The translations under genes were made by a program, and so were the position numbers. Source: an uncultured Candidatus Binatia bacterium (lineage in GTDB: Bacteria > Desulfobacterota > Binatia > UBA9968 > CAXXLF01). Taken from it: 64,000 nt of DNA. Within the stretch, counting starts at the first letter, position 1, and every line of letters starts with the position of its first letter. The stretch lies in contig OZ244621.1 in assembly GCA_965218425.1 (NCBI GenBank), positions 1,600,001 through 1,664,000 of the forward strand, read 5' to 3'. Below, one piece after another: positions 20,669 to 30,274 of the stretch. The notes below the pieces were generated by a model, which saw only the letters and a list, made by a program, of their open reading frames with translations, had not been told where the DNA came from and ran no database searches.

Positions 20669-23600
20669 TTAGGAAATGGCGCTGACCTCTTGGAATGGCT
20701 GTTCCATAAGGCGGCTGATACTTGCCACCGATACGCGACCGGCTTCCGAAAGAGGTTCAACTTTCCAAAAAAGTGAAAGAAAATGTTCCCAGCGGTCTAA
20801 GATATCCTGTGCCCTTTTGCTCTTGGTAAATTCCAAATGATTGAGAATGAGGTGGCGCAGTAACTCCGTGTCTTCTTCCTCCTCTATTTCGGCCAGGCCC
20901 ACCAGCTGCGGGTTGTACTTCAACTTAAATTCCCGGCTTTCGTCCAGGATGTATGCCAATCCGCCAGTCATTCCAGCTCCAAAGTTCCGTCCGGTCTCAC
21001 CCAACACCACCACAACTCCGCTGGTCATGTACTCGGAGCCATGGTCTCCTACACCTTCAACGACTCCGACACCGCCGCTGTTGCGCACACAAAAGCGTTC
21101 GCCGGCCCTGCCCGCAGCGTATAGAAATCCGCCGGTGGAACCATACATCACTGTGTTACCCACAATGGCATTCTCCTGGGTCTGGTACCGCGCGCCTTTA
21201 CCCGGACGAATGATGATCTCACCTCCACCCATCCCTTTGGCCACATAATCGTTGGCCTCACCATTGAGGTAGAGACGCAAACCACGAATCAGGAATGCTC
21301 CGAAGCTTTGCCCTGCGGTGCCCTCAAAGTGGCACTGGATGGTCCTTGGAGGAAGGCCTGTATCCCCGTAACGGCGCGCTATCTCTCCCGCAACACGGGT
21401 TCCAACGGCCCGGTGAATATTGCGGATCTTATAATAGAGTTCGATTGGACCGTCTCCCTCTAAAGCGCCTTTGGCGTCCTTGATAATCTTCTCGTCGAGA
21501 GGTTTATCCTTGCGATCGTTTCTCGCCCAGGTGTGGTATCTAGGCCGATCCCAGGTTGGATCCACTGGAGTCAGGACACGGCTTAAATCAAGGTTAATGG
21601 CTTTAGGGTTATCTATGGTTTTTTGTTCTAAGAGATCCACTCGACCGACGATGTCGTCAATCTTTCGAAAACCGATCTCAGCAAGTATACGTCGAACGTC
21701 GTGCGCAAGGAGGCTAAAATAATTTACCACCATGTCGGGTGTCCCGATAAATTTTTCCCTGAGCTCAGGCTTCTGCGTAGCGACACCCACGGGACAAGTG
21801 TTGAGATGGCACTGACGCGCCATCACACAGCCCACCGCAACCATGGCTGCGGTACCAAAACCATACTGCTCAGCGCCCAGCATGGCCCCGATGATCACGT
21901 CTCGAGCGGTTCTAAAACCGCCGTCGGTCCGGAGAATTACGCGTTCGCGCAGGTTGTTCAGCACCAAGGTCTGTTGTGTTTCGGCCAGTCCCAGTTCCCA
22001 AGAGACGCCCGCGTTTTTCACCGAACTCACCGGAGAAGCGCCCGTCCCGCCATCATGACCGGAGATCTGGATCACATCAGCGTAGGCCTTAGCCACCCCG
22101 GCGGCGATGGTACCGACGCCCGCCTCGGCCACGAGTTTCACCGCTACTTTGGCCCTGGGGTTGGACTGTTTCAGGTCATAAATAAGCTGGGCGAGATCCT
22201 CAATGCTGTAAATATCATGGTGAGGTGGTGGCGAGATGAGGGTAACCCCGGGAACGGAGTGACGAATGGTGGCAATTTCAACGGAGACCTTGTGTCCCGG
22301 GAGCTGGCCCCCTTCGCCCGGCTTCGATCCCTGAGCCATTTTGATTTCCAGTTCCATGGCGGCGGACAGGTACTCGGGTGTGACTCCGAAACGTGCCGAG
22401 GCCACTTGCTTGAGGGCGCTGTTCGCCCAGTCGTCGTTAGGTCGGCGATGGAAGCGTGATGAATCCTCTCCCCCTTCACCGCTACCGCTCTTGGCCCCCA
22501 ATCGGTTCATACCGATGGCTATGGTCTCATGCGCCTCGCGGCTAAGGGCCCCGTAGGACATGGACCCGGTTGTGAAACGTTTGGTTATCTCTTCAACCGC
22601 CTCCACCTCCTCGATGGATACGGGTCTCGTTGGCTTGAAGCTTAAAAGATCACGAACAGCCGTGGGGGGACGCTCATCCACAGCTTTGGCAAAGGTCTGA
22701 TAATCTTTCTCCGCTCCACTGTTGATCAACTTGTGCATTCCCTTGAAGACGTCAGGGTTAAACGCGTGATACTCACCCGTCTTACGGTACCGGTAGATGC
22801 CCTCCTGGTGGAGCCTCGGTTTTTCCTCGTTAAAGGCGGCTTGATGAAAACTCAGAACATCTTTGGCAATATCCTCCAATCCAACTCCGTCCAGCCGCGA
22901 CGTGGTGCCGGTGAAATACTTGTCGATGACTGACCGGTTGATTCCCACTGCTTCGAACACCTGGGCTCCCCGGTAGCTGGAAAGTGTGGAGATCCCCATC
23001 TTGGACATGATTTTCAAGATCCCGTGCTCCACCGCCTTTTTGTAATTTTGCAGCGCTTTGTGCTCGGTCATTCCATCGAGTCCATGTTTAGCGCCGTTAC
23101 TCAGCAGACGGAGGATGGTCTCAAAAGTGATGTAAGGATGGATCATGCTGGCACCGTAGCCCAGTAGAGCGGCAAAGTGGTGTTCCTCTCTAGGCTCCCC
23201 ACTCTCAGCCACGAGGCTTGCTCTCATCCTCTTTCCCTGCTGTATCAAATAGTGGTGGACGGCGCTGACGGCGAGCAGCATTGGGATGGGGGCGTGAGTC
23301 GGACTCACTCCTCGGTCACTGATAATAAGGACGTTTTCTCCCTTGTCCACAGCACAGGTGGCTTTCTGACAGAGTTTTTCCAGGGCGCTCTCCAGGCCAG
23401 AGGCACCATCGGAAACGGGAAACAGGGCGGACAGAACGATTGAACTGAAACCGGAGCGGACCTCGCCGCCGTCGGTCATGGTCTGCGGTAAACCTTTCAA
23501 CCATTCCATCTCTTCCTGGCTCAGAATCGGACTCGAAAACTTGATCAGCTTTGCATGCTCCGGGGTCTCTTCCAACAGGCTCCGTCTGTAGCCGAGGGCC

Positions 23601-25225
23601 GTATTTAGGGACATGACCAGTTCCTCCCGCAACGAATCGATGGGAGGATTGGTAACCTGGGCAAACATCTGCTTGAAGTAGGTATAAAGCAGGTGCGAAT
23701 TTTTCGATAAGACAGAAAGCGGCGTATCATCGCCCATGGAGCCAACGGCCTCCTTGGCCTCGATCAACATGGGAGCGATAAAGACGTCAAGCTCTTCTTC
23801 CGAATAACCAAAGGTCCTTTGCAAGCGAATCAGCTCCACTGGGTCTATGGAACTCGAAAACTTATCCCATTTGAGTCCCAGGGAATCCACGCGGAACAGA
23901 TTTTCCTTCAACCACCGGCCATAGGGTTTTTGCCGTGCGATCTCTTTCTTGAATTCATCATTCCTCAACAACTTCCCTTTAGCAGTATCCACCGCAATCA
24001 TCTGTCCTGGACCAAGCCTCCCCTTCTCTATGATTTCCGAATCAGGGATTTCTAGGACTCCCACCTCGGACGCCATAATGAGGACACCGTCCCGGGTGAT
24101 TTTATACCGGGCGGGTCTCAGACCATTGCGGTCTAGAACCGCGCCCACCGTCACCCCGTCTGAAAAGGCCACTGCTGCGGGTCCATCCCATGGCTCACCG
24201 ATGCAGGCGAGGTATTCGTAGAGACCGTGCAGTTCCGGGTCCATGTGAGGCATCCTTTGGTAAGCCTCGGGGATAAGCATGACCATGGATTCCAGGACGC
24301 TTTTCTTGGACAGGGTGAGCAACTCGAGAGCGTTGTCGAGGCTTGCGGAATCGCTTCCCCCGTCGGTAATAATAGGCTTTAGTTTTTCAATCTCCTTGCC
24401 CCAGACTTCGGATCGCATCTCCGCCTCTCGGGCCCGCATCCAGTTGCGGTTCCCGTTAAGCGTATTGATCTCACCGTTGTGCCCCAGCATCCGAAACGGT
24501 TGCGCCAGCGGCCAGGTGGGAAAGGTATTGGTGCTGTAACGCTGGTGGAACACGCATAGAGACGTGTCATAGTCAGGATTTTTAAGATCAAGATAAAAAC
24601 GCTCCAGCTGGGGAGCCACCACCAAGGCCTTATAGACCAAGGTCCGATGTGAAAAAGACGGGATGTACAGATCGTTCAACCCCTTGTCTTTGGCTTCCTT
24701 CTCAATGACTTTTCGCGTGAGATAGAGAGCCCTTTCGAATTGGTCGCCGTCCAGCCCGCTGGTTTTCCCAATGAGCACCTGTTCAATCTCAGGTCTCGTC
24801 TCCTTCGCCGTATCACCCAGTGCGTCAGGGTCAAGGGGGACTTTTCGCCACCCCAGAAAGGCCATCCCCCGCCCCTGAATGGCCTGTTCGATTATTTTCC
24901 GAGCCAATTTACGCCCCGCCGGATCCTTGCCGGGGAAAAAGATCATTCCCACTCCAAGGTCGTCGAGGCCATTGAGATGAGCCCCTAGCTTTGTCACCTC
25001 TTTGGCAAATAGGCTTGCTGGGACCTGGGTGAGGATACCCGCTCCGTCACCGGTTTTTGCGTCTGCATCCACTGCACCCCGATGGGTCAGGTTGATGACC
25101 GCACGTAGTCCGTGAACGAGAATACTATGACTTTTATTCCCGCCAACGTCGGCCACAAAACCGGTTCCGCAACCGTCGTGTTCAAAGTTAGCCTGATAGA
25201 GAGTGTTTCCTGCAGCAGACAGCAT
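20669..25225 (-). CDS. gltB: Glutamate synthase large subunit
   Basis: EHDG-CGTGF N-terminal Cys, HQRYSTNT, IKMAQGSKPGEGGQLPG, CVMARQCHLNTCPVG, GXGXG C-terminal domain. Confidence 0.97.
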   Translation of the reverse strand: MLSAAGNTLYQANFEHDGCGTGFVADVGGNKSHSILVHGLRAVINLTHRGAVDADAKTGDGAGILTQVPASLFAKEVTKLGAHLNGLDDLGVGMIFFPGKDPAGRKLARKIIEQAIQGRGMAFLGWRKVPLDPDALGDTAKETRPEIEQVLIGKTSGLDGDQFERALYLTRKVIEKEAKDKGLNDLYIPSFSHRTLVYKALVVAPQLERFYLDLKNPDYDTSLCVFHQRYSTNTFPTWPLAQPFRMLGHNGEINTLNGNRNWMRAREAEMRSEVWGKEIEKLKPIITDGGSDSASLDNALELLTLSKKSVLESMVMLIPEAYQRMPHMDPELHGLYEYLACIGEPWDGPAAVAFSDGVTVGAVLDRNGLRPARYKITRDGVLIMASEVGVLEIPDSEIIEKGRLGPGQMIAVDTAKGKLLRNDEFKKEIARQKPYGRWLKENLFRVDSLGLKWDKFSSSIDPVELIRLQRTFGYSEEELDVFIAPMLIEAKEAVGSMGDDTPLSVLSKNSHLLYTYFKQMFAQVTNPPIDSLREELVMSLNTALGYRRSLLEETPEHAKLIKFSSPILSQEEMEWLKGLPQTMTDGGEVRSGFSSIVLSALFPVSDGASGLESALEKLCQKATCAVDKGENVLIISDRGVSPTHAPIPMLLAVSAVHHYLIQQGKRMRASLVAESGEPREEHHFAALLGYGASMIHPYITFETILRLLSNGAKHGLDGMTEHKALQNYKKAVEHGILKIMSKMGISTLSSYRGAQVFEAVGINRSVIDKYFTGTTSRLDGVGLEDIAKDVLSFHQAAFNEEKPRLHQEGIYRYRKTGEYHAFNPDVFKGMHKLINSGAEKDYQTFAKAVDERPPTAVRDLLSFKPTRPVSIEEVEAVEEITKRFTTGSMSYGALSREAHETIAIGMNRLGAKSGSGEGGEDSSRFHRRPNDDWANSALKQVASARFGVTPEYLSAAMELEIKMAQGSKPGEGGQLPGHKVSVEIATIRHSVPGVTLISPPPHHDIYSIEDLAQLIYDLKQSNPRAKVAVKLVAEAGVGTIAAGVAKAYADVIQISGHDGGTGASPVSSVKNAGVSWELGLAETQQTLVLNNLRERVILRTDGGFRTARDVIIGAMLGAEQYGFGTAAMVAVGCVMARQCHLNTCPVGVATQKPELREKFIGTPDMVVNYFSLLAHDVRRILAEIGFRKIDDIVGRVDLLEQKTIDNPKAINLDLSRVLTPVDPTWDRPRYHTWARNDRKDKPLDEKIIKDAKGALEGDGPIELYYKIRNIHRAVGTRVAGEIARRYGDTGLPPRTIQCHFEGTAGQSFGAFLIRGLRLYLNGEANDYVAKGMGGGEIIIRPGKGARYQTQENAIVGNTVMYGSTGGFLYAAGRAGERFCVRNSGGVGVVEGVGDHGSEYMTSGVVVVLGETGRNFGAGMTGGLAYILDESREFKLKYNPQLVGLAEIEEEEDTELLRHLILNHLEFTKSKRAQDILDRWEHFLSLFWKVEPLSEAGRVSVASISRLMEQPFQEVSAIS

Positions 25226-25227
25226 GG

Positions 25228-25770
25228 TTACTTATTTTTCCTCGAACCTACTGCCCATTTCTTTTTTTCCGAGTGCCCAATCATTTCCTTACCCAAATCT
25301 GTTGACTCCGGGGTGCTGGCTTGTTCAAGTTCCAGGACCTGACTCTCCTTGGGAGTCGACAGCACAACCTTTGTCACCGTCCGGGTGACTCCCTCCATGG
25401 AGCGAATCTCTCCCAGAAGTCGCTCCAGGGAATCCGTGTTCGCCGTTTTAACTTTAAGTATAAAGCTCTCGTCTCCCGTGACATGGTGGCACTCAAGCAC
25501 GTCGTGCTGCCGAACCATGTGAGAGGCAAAGGGGATAATGTGGCGCTGATGGCCAACTGAAACCCCTATGAACGCCACAATGTCCTTGCCCAGCGTCTTG
25601 GCGTCCAAAAGGGCATGGTAACCCTTGATAATTCCATGTGATTCTAACTTTTTGACCCTTTCCATTACCGCGGGCGGGGAGAGATCCACCTCCTTCGCTA
25701 TCTCAGCGAGGTGGCGCCGGCCATGATGCTGGAGAATGGAGAGGATATTTTTGTCTATTTCATCCAACAT
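25228..25770 (-). CDS. Lrp/AsnC family transcriptional regulator
   Basis: LDEIDKNIL HTH; ECHHVTGDESFILKV. Confidence 0.95.
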   Translation of the reverse strand: MLDEIDKNILSILQHHGRRHLAEIAKEVDLSPPAVMERVKKLESHGIIKGYHALLDAKTLGKDIVAFIGVSVGHQRHIIPFASHMVRQHDVLECHHVTGDESFILKVKTANTDSLERLLGEIRSMEGVTRTVTKVVLSTPKESQVLELEQASTPESTDLGKEMIGHSEKKKWAVGSRKNK

Positions 25771-25810
25771 ATGCTTAAGTTCCTTAGGGAGAGGCGACCA
25801 AAGGCTTGAG

Positions 25811-25840
25811 ATTTTTATGTGATTTCACGAAAAATGTCAA
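25811..25840 (-). promoter_or_regulatory. Putative lrp-gltB promoter with an overlapping imperfect inverted repeat
   Basis: Minus-strand TTGACA overlapping ATTTTTCGTGA-AA-TCACATAAAAAT; -10 weak. Confidence 0.35.
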
Positions 25841-26038
25841 GGTCCGTACTGGAAATAAAATTTTAACCTAATTTTATAAGGTATGGCAAGATTAAACGAC
25901 CTATCAAGAGATAGGGATGGGCCTTAAGGACGTTTCCTTTTTAATTTCAGCTAGATGACTTTGATTACCGCTCTTCCAAGCAGTTTCAAGGCTTCTTTAT
26001 ACGGTCAGGTATCCTGAATGCGGTGTTCGGGCGGGAGG

Positions 26039-26980
26039 CTACTTGAGCGGAACCGGGATAAGGGCACCCTCCTGAGCGTCACGCAACATTTCTCTCATGC
26101 GGCGCAGGTCCACCGATAATCCCAGCTTTCGCACCGCCTGAATGAGCTCAACAAGTAAAATTCCATCCTCTGCGTCTTGGTAGCGATAAATTTGAAAATA
26201 AGGCTTGCCCTCTCTGAACCCCACCTTCGCGCGCTTGTACATGATCTCCACAGGTGTTTTAGAGGAAACCTTAGGAAATAGATAGACAATGTCCTCGGGA
26301 TAGAGTCGCAGGCAGCCGTGAGTCACCTTGCGGCCCACCGCCCACGGATTATTTGTTCCGTGAATTCCGTAGGAAGTTTCCGACAGTCGCATCCAGTGGC
26401 TACCGAGGGGGTTCCCTGGACCTGGAGGAATCACCTTACGTGGTTGTTCCATCTCCTCTTGAATGGACTTGGGGACATACCAGAACGGATTTTTCCTCTT
26501 TTCCCCAATCCTATACTTTCCCGCAGGGGTATCCCAACCCTCCATCCCGATTCCGAGAGGAAACGTCATTACCTCGGTGGAAGACATATAGTAGTAGAGT
26601 CTCATCTCTGGAATATTCAGGACAAAGCCCCGAGCCTTCTGTTGGGGTAGGATCCAGGTGGAAGGAATGTTGATTGCCAGACCTACCGGCGGAACCCAGG
26701 GATCAACCCCTGGATTGGCTTGAATCAATTCGAGATATCCGAGGTGATGGAGACGAGCGATGTCCAGAAGGGTTTCACCTTGCTGGACCTTGTGGGTCAC
26801 GGCCTCTCCGATGACGGTCTCAGCTTGAGGGGAATCTACCCCATCCTGCGGGGCGCCATAGTTATAAACCTTCGTACTGGCTTGCCATATCCCTGGCTTT
26901 TCTTGCAGGGCTTCGGTGTGGTGGGCACTTAACACCAACAGGACAAAGAGAGAAGGAACTATTTTTACCGTCAATTTCAT
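26039..26980 (-). CDS. L,D-transpeptidase with LysM domain (ErfK/YbiS/YcfS family)
   Basis: GETLLDIAR LysM; PGPGNPLG; YGIHGT...THGCLRL; start MKLTVK with signal peptide. Confidence 0.93.
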   Translation of the reverse strand: MKLTVKIVPSLFVLLVLSAHHTEALQEKPGIWQASTKVYNYGAPQDGVDSPQAETVIGEAVTHKVQQGETLLDIARLHHLGYLELIQANPGVDPWVPPVGLAINIPSTWILPQQKARGFVLNIPEMRLYYYMSSTEVMTFPLGIGMEGWDTPAGKYRIGEKRKNPFWYVPKSIQEEMEQPRKVIPPGPGNPLGSHWMRLSETSYGIHGTNNPWAVGRKVTHGCLRLYPEDIVYLFPKVSSKTPVEIMYKRAKVGFREGKPYFQIYRYQDAEDGILLVELIQAVRKLGLSVDLRRMREMLRDAQEGALIPVPLK

Positions 26981-27090
26981 CGGCCCGCTTTCTCTCCTAT
27001 ATAGATCCTCCTCGGCCCGAGTCAAGTAGTTGATTTTTATTCAGGTGGGTTATAGGATTCGAACCCTAGAAGAAGGAGGGTTTTGAACCC

Positions 27091-27954
27091 ATGCCCCTGG
27101 TAAATGCACTGGCCGCCAGCCACGCACCCAATATCCTAATGGAACCTGGTGTTGAGTGGGACGATTTCATGAAACTCCACTACCGTATGGCTCCCCATAC
27201 GACAGGCTCCGGGCCCTCCCTAGAAATCCAGAAACAACTTCGCGCAGATGCAGAAAGGGCCTTCAGCGAACTCCAGGCAGAGTTGATGGCTTCCCGTCCC
27301 GATGTCCTGATCGTCGTGGCCAATGATCAGTTTGTCAATTTCTTCTACAACAACATTCCAACTTTTTATGTGACCTTAGCGGACGAAGTGCAAGGACAGT
27401 TCACCCGGCATCATTTTCATTACCAGAACCACAAGGAGCTTGGACAAGCCATCCTCAGGTCTGGGCTCGATAAAGGAATTGACCTGTCCTTTGGTCGCTT
27501 CGTGGAGTTGCAACACACCCAGGTTGTCCCGCTCTATTTTCTCCTTCCCGAACCCGCGATACCAATCCTCCCTATTTATGTGAATACTTGGGTAAGCCCT
27601 TTGCCGACACCTCAACGATGTCACCGCTTGGGAGAAGTCATCCGAGAGGTTGCCGTGGAGCGCACGGAACGAGTGGCGGTATTGGCCACAGGCGGCCTAT
27701 CTCACTTTCCAGGTTCGCCAAAGATCGGAGAAATCGACACGGAATTCGACCACAGGCTATTGCAGATCATGCGCGAGGGTAAGGGTAGAGCCCTAACGAA
27801 ACACTCGGCAGATTATTTCTTTCAGGCTGGGAATTCGGAGTTTCTGAACTGGATGGTTGTTTTAGGAGCGGTGGGGGAAACTAAGGCCACGACCACCCAT
27901 TACATGCCTGACCATGTGGCCACGGGTTGGGGGTTCGCAAGCTGGAAACTCTAA
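27091..27954 (+). CDS. Class III extradiol dioxygenase, LigB-like subunit
   Basis: SHAP, DVLIVVANDQF, ATGGLSHFPG, EFLNW. Confidence 0.88.
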   Translation: MPLVNALAASHAPNILMEPGVEWDDFMKLHYRMAPHTTGSGPSLEIQKQLRADAERAFSELQAELMASRPDVLIVVANDQFVNFFYNNIPTFYVTLADEVQGQFTRHHFHYQNHKELGQAILRSGLDKGIDLSFGRFVELQHTQVVPLYFLLPEPAIPILPIYVNTWVSPLPTPQRCHRLGEVIREVAVERTERVAVLATGGLSHFPGSPKIGEIDTEFDHRLLQIMREGKGRALTKHSADYFFQAGNSEFLNWMVVLGAVGETKATTTHYMPDHVATGWGFASWKL

Positions 27955-28057
27955 AGACGTGAATCGTTACTCGTCAACAGTCAATCGTGGCTTTGGAGGG
28001 TTAAGCTCTAGGACTAAACCATTAACTAATGACTAAATAACTTTGTCAGGGCCGCTT

Positions 28058-28303
28058 ATGAGTAGTTACCATCTGAATCGATTTCTATTTGACTTAAAAA
28101 TGAACGAAGCCACGTTGAAGCAGGCAAAGGCCGATCTCAGCGCGGCCATGAGCCCGTACGATCTCAGCGGCGAAGAAAAAGACGCACTGACCGCTGGAGA
28201 CCCTAAGCGGTTGAGCCAACTTGGGGCTCACGGCATGCTTGCCATTTGGATTATGCGGCTGGATCCTGACTTTCAAACCAATACTTATTGGACGCAAAAG
28301 TAG
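28058..28303 (+). CDS. LigA-like small subunit of the extradiol dioxygenase
   Basis: YHLNRFLFDL...YDLSGEEKDAL..GD...LGAH; adjacent to the LigB-like gene. Confidence 0.75.
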   Translation: MSSYHLNRFLFDLKMNEATLKQAKADLSAAMSPYDLSGEEKDALTAGDPKRLSQLGAHGMLAIWIMRLDPDFQTNTYWTQK

Positions 28304-28479
28304 AACAATGACAGAGATCGAAACAGGGACAGACGAAGAAAGACGGTAAACAGCGCGCAGTAAGCAGTAAAAACAGTGTAAAGTGTTAAGGGGACACGCA
28401 AGGCGCAAAGGGATAACAGACCGAATTCACGTAACACTCGACCCAATTCTGCTGAAGGCATCGAGGAGGAACTAAGAAC

Positions 28480-29271
28480 ATGGATCTTGGACTGAAGGGG
28501 AAGGTGGCGTTAGTAGCCGGATCAAGTAAAGGTATAGGGCGGGCGATTGCCCTGGGGTTTGCCCGTGAGGGGGTCAAAGTAGGAATCTGTGCAAGGGGTG
28601 AGGAGGGGGTCCGGGAGGCGGCTGAATCGATCCGCCGCGAGACCGCTACGGAGGTTCTTGCTGTGGTCGCCGACATGACTCGCTCTGATGATATTAAAAA
28701 CTTTGTCGCCAAGACGGCGGAGAAATTCGGCCGGATCGATGTCGTGTTGACCAATGCCGGTGGACCACCGCCGGGGGAGTTCATGAAGTTTACGGACACC
28801 GACTGGGAAAAAGCCTTTGAGCTAAGCTTTCTCAGTACGCTCCGGCTCACCCGCGAGGCGGTGCCACACTTACGCAAGGTCGGGGGTGGCCGCATCATTA
28901 ATATCAGCTCTTATGCAATCAAAGAGCCTATCGCCGGTCTGGTTCTGTCAAACGCAATTCGCAATGGGGTCATCGGTCTGGCCAAGACACTCTCCCGCGA
29001 GTTGTCGAAGGACAAAATTCTCATCAACAATGTTTGCCCGGGCAGAATCGATACCGAACGTCACCGCAAGCTCAATGAGGATCGCGCCAAACGCTGGAAT
29101 CGACCATTGGAAGAAGTCAATAAAGAAATGAAGGGAGAAGTCCCCTTGGGTCGCTATGGGGAACCTGCAGAGGTGGCGGATCTGGTGGTCTTTCTCGCCT
29201 CCGAAAGGGCAAGCTACATGACTGGCAACACCATCCAGATCGACGGAGGTTTGGTCAAGTCCACTTACTAA
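28480..29271 (+). CDS. SDR family oxidoreductase
   Basis: GSSKGIG, NAGGPPPG, IQIDGG. Confidence 0.93.
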   Translation: MDLGLKGKVALVAGSSKGIGRAIALGFAREGVKVGICARGEEGVREAAESIRRETATEVLAVVADMTRSDDIKNFVAKTAEKFGRIDVVLTNAGGPPPGEFMKFTDTDWEKAFELSFLSTLRLTREAVPHLRKVGGGRIINISSYAIKEPIAGLVLSNAIRNGVIGLAKTLSRELSKDKILINNVCPGRIDTERHRKLNEDRAKRWNRPLEEVNKEMKGEVPLGRYGEPAEVADLVVFLASERASYMTGNTIQIDGGLVKSTY

Positions 29272-29291
29272 ACGGTGGGGTTAGGAGAGTT

Positions 29292-29624
29292 ATGGTGCTC
29301 TATTTTATCCAGTGGGACCTTCCGGATCAAAAAGCAAATCTCACCATCTACGAAAACAAGGCAAAAAACGATTGGTTGCCCTTGACTCTGAGCCATGAGG
29401 GTGTGCGAGAGGTTCGCAACTACCGCAATCCTCTGGAAGTAACACCCCAGGTCGCCATCAGCATCGAATTCGAATCCATCGATACCTGGCGGAGCTTTAT
29501 TAATTCTCAGGACTATATTCGCATCATGCGCGAGCTCCGGATCCTTGGCTGCCACAATTTCACCGCTCGTCTGTGGGCTCCCTCGAAATACTTTCCCGAA
29601 TCACTTACCCCTAAAGACAAGTAG
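29292..29624 (+). CDS. Hypothetical protein, possibly dimeric alpha-beta barrel fold
   Basis: AGGAGAG RBS; IEFESIDTW pattern. Confidence 0.6.
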   Translation: MVLYFIQWDLPDQKANLTIYENKAKNDWLPLTLSHEGVREVRNYRNPLEVTPQVAISIEFESIDTWRSFINSQDYIRIMRELRILGCHNFTARLWAPSKYFPESLTPKDK

Positions 29625-29639
29625 GGGATAGGCCGCGAC

Positions 29640-29960
29640 TGTCATAATTCCATCGTCGTGATTGGCGGTGCCTCTCTCGCCGCAATCGCTATGGAACAAG
29701 CCAGCTTGATGACCATCGGCATCAGGTCGGCACTGGAGATTGCCGTTAGCACCCACGGGGCACTGCACTACACCTTTGTGCGCATATGCCCTTGCCGCCC
29801 GTATCGGGATGCGAGGAATGCTTATCACTGCACCTTTTCCCGCGGTGGGCGCTGGAATCGTCGCAGTCCTACTCACGGGGGCCGACATCAACTACTATCT
29901 CTCCCAGCGTCCGCCCGTCTTCTGGGTTGCCGTCTTCCTGCTCGGCATCGTAGCCGCCGC
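29640..29960 (+). pseudogene. Fragment resembling the membrane domain of glycerophosphodiester phosphodiesterases
   Basis: IAMEQASLMTIG and, in another frame, APFPAV...LLTGADINYYLSQRPPVFWVAV; recognised from memory of the family. Confidence 0.5.
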
Positions 29961-30190
29961 ACTCTCGATATAAGCCGTTGCAGTGGAAGTGCCAAGCATG
30001 GCGCCCACCATGGTCGAGCCGCTGTCAGCGATGAGCGTCTTCTTGAGTCGGGGAAAGTGTCCCTCGGCATCGAGGAAGCCGGCTCTCTGGGCAATCCCAA
30101 TCAGAGTTCCTGTGGAGTCGAAGACGTCAAGCGGCAGAAAGGTGAAGACGATGGTCACCAGACATGCAATGCCGTTAACCCGGGGTATCA
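29950..30190 (-). pseudogene. Fragment of an NCS2/AzgA-type purine permease
   Basis: DVFDSTGTLIG...FPRLKKTLIADS...GAMLGTSTATAYIESAA. Confidence 0.85.
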
Positions 30191-30274
30191 ATTGTAGTAA
30201 TGCTCGATCCCGCCGATTGTTCGTGGTCGGCCTGCAATTGAACGGACACGATCTCCCCCCTAACGAGGTGGCGT

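Noticed and set aside
27040..27070. GGTTCGAATCC on the minus strand, resembling a tRNA T-loop
   Set aside because: No 5-bp T stem, acceptor stem or cloverleaf
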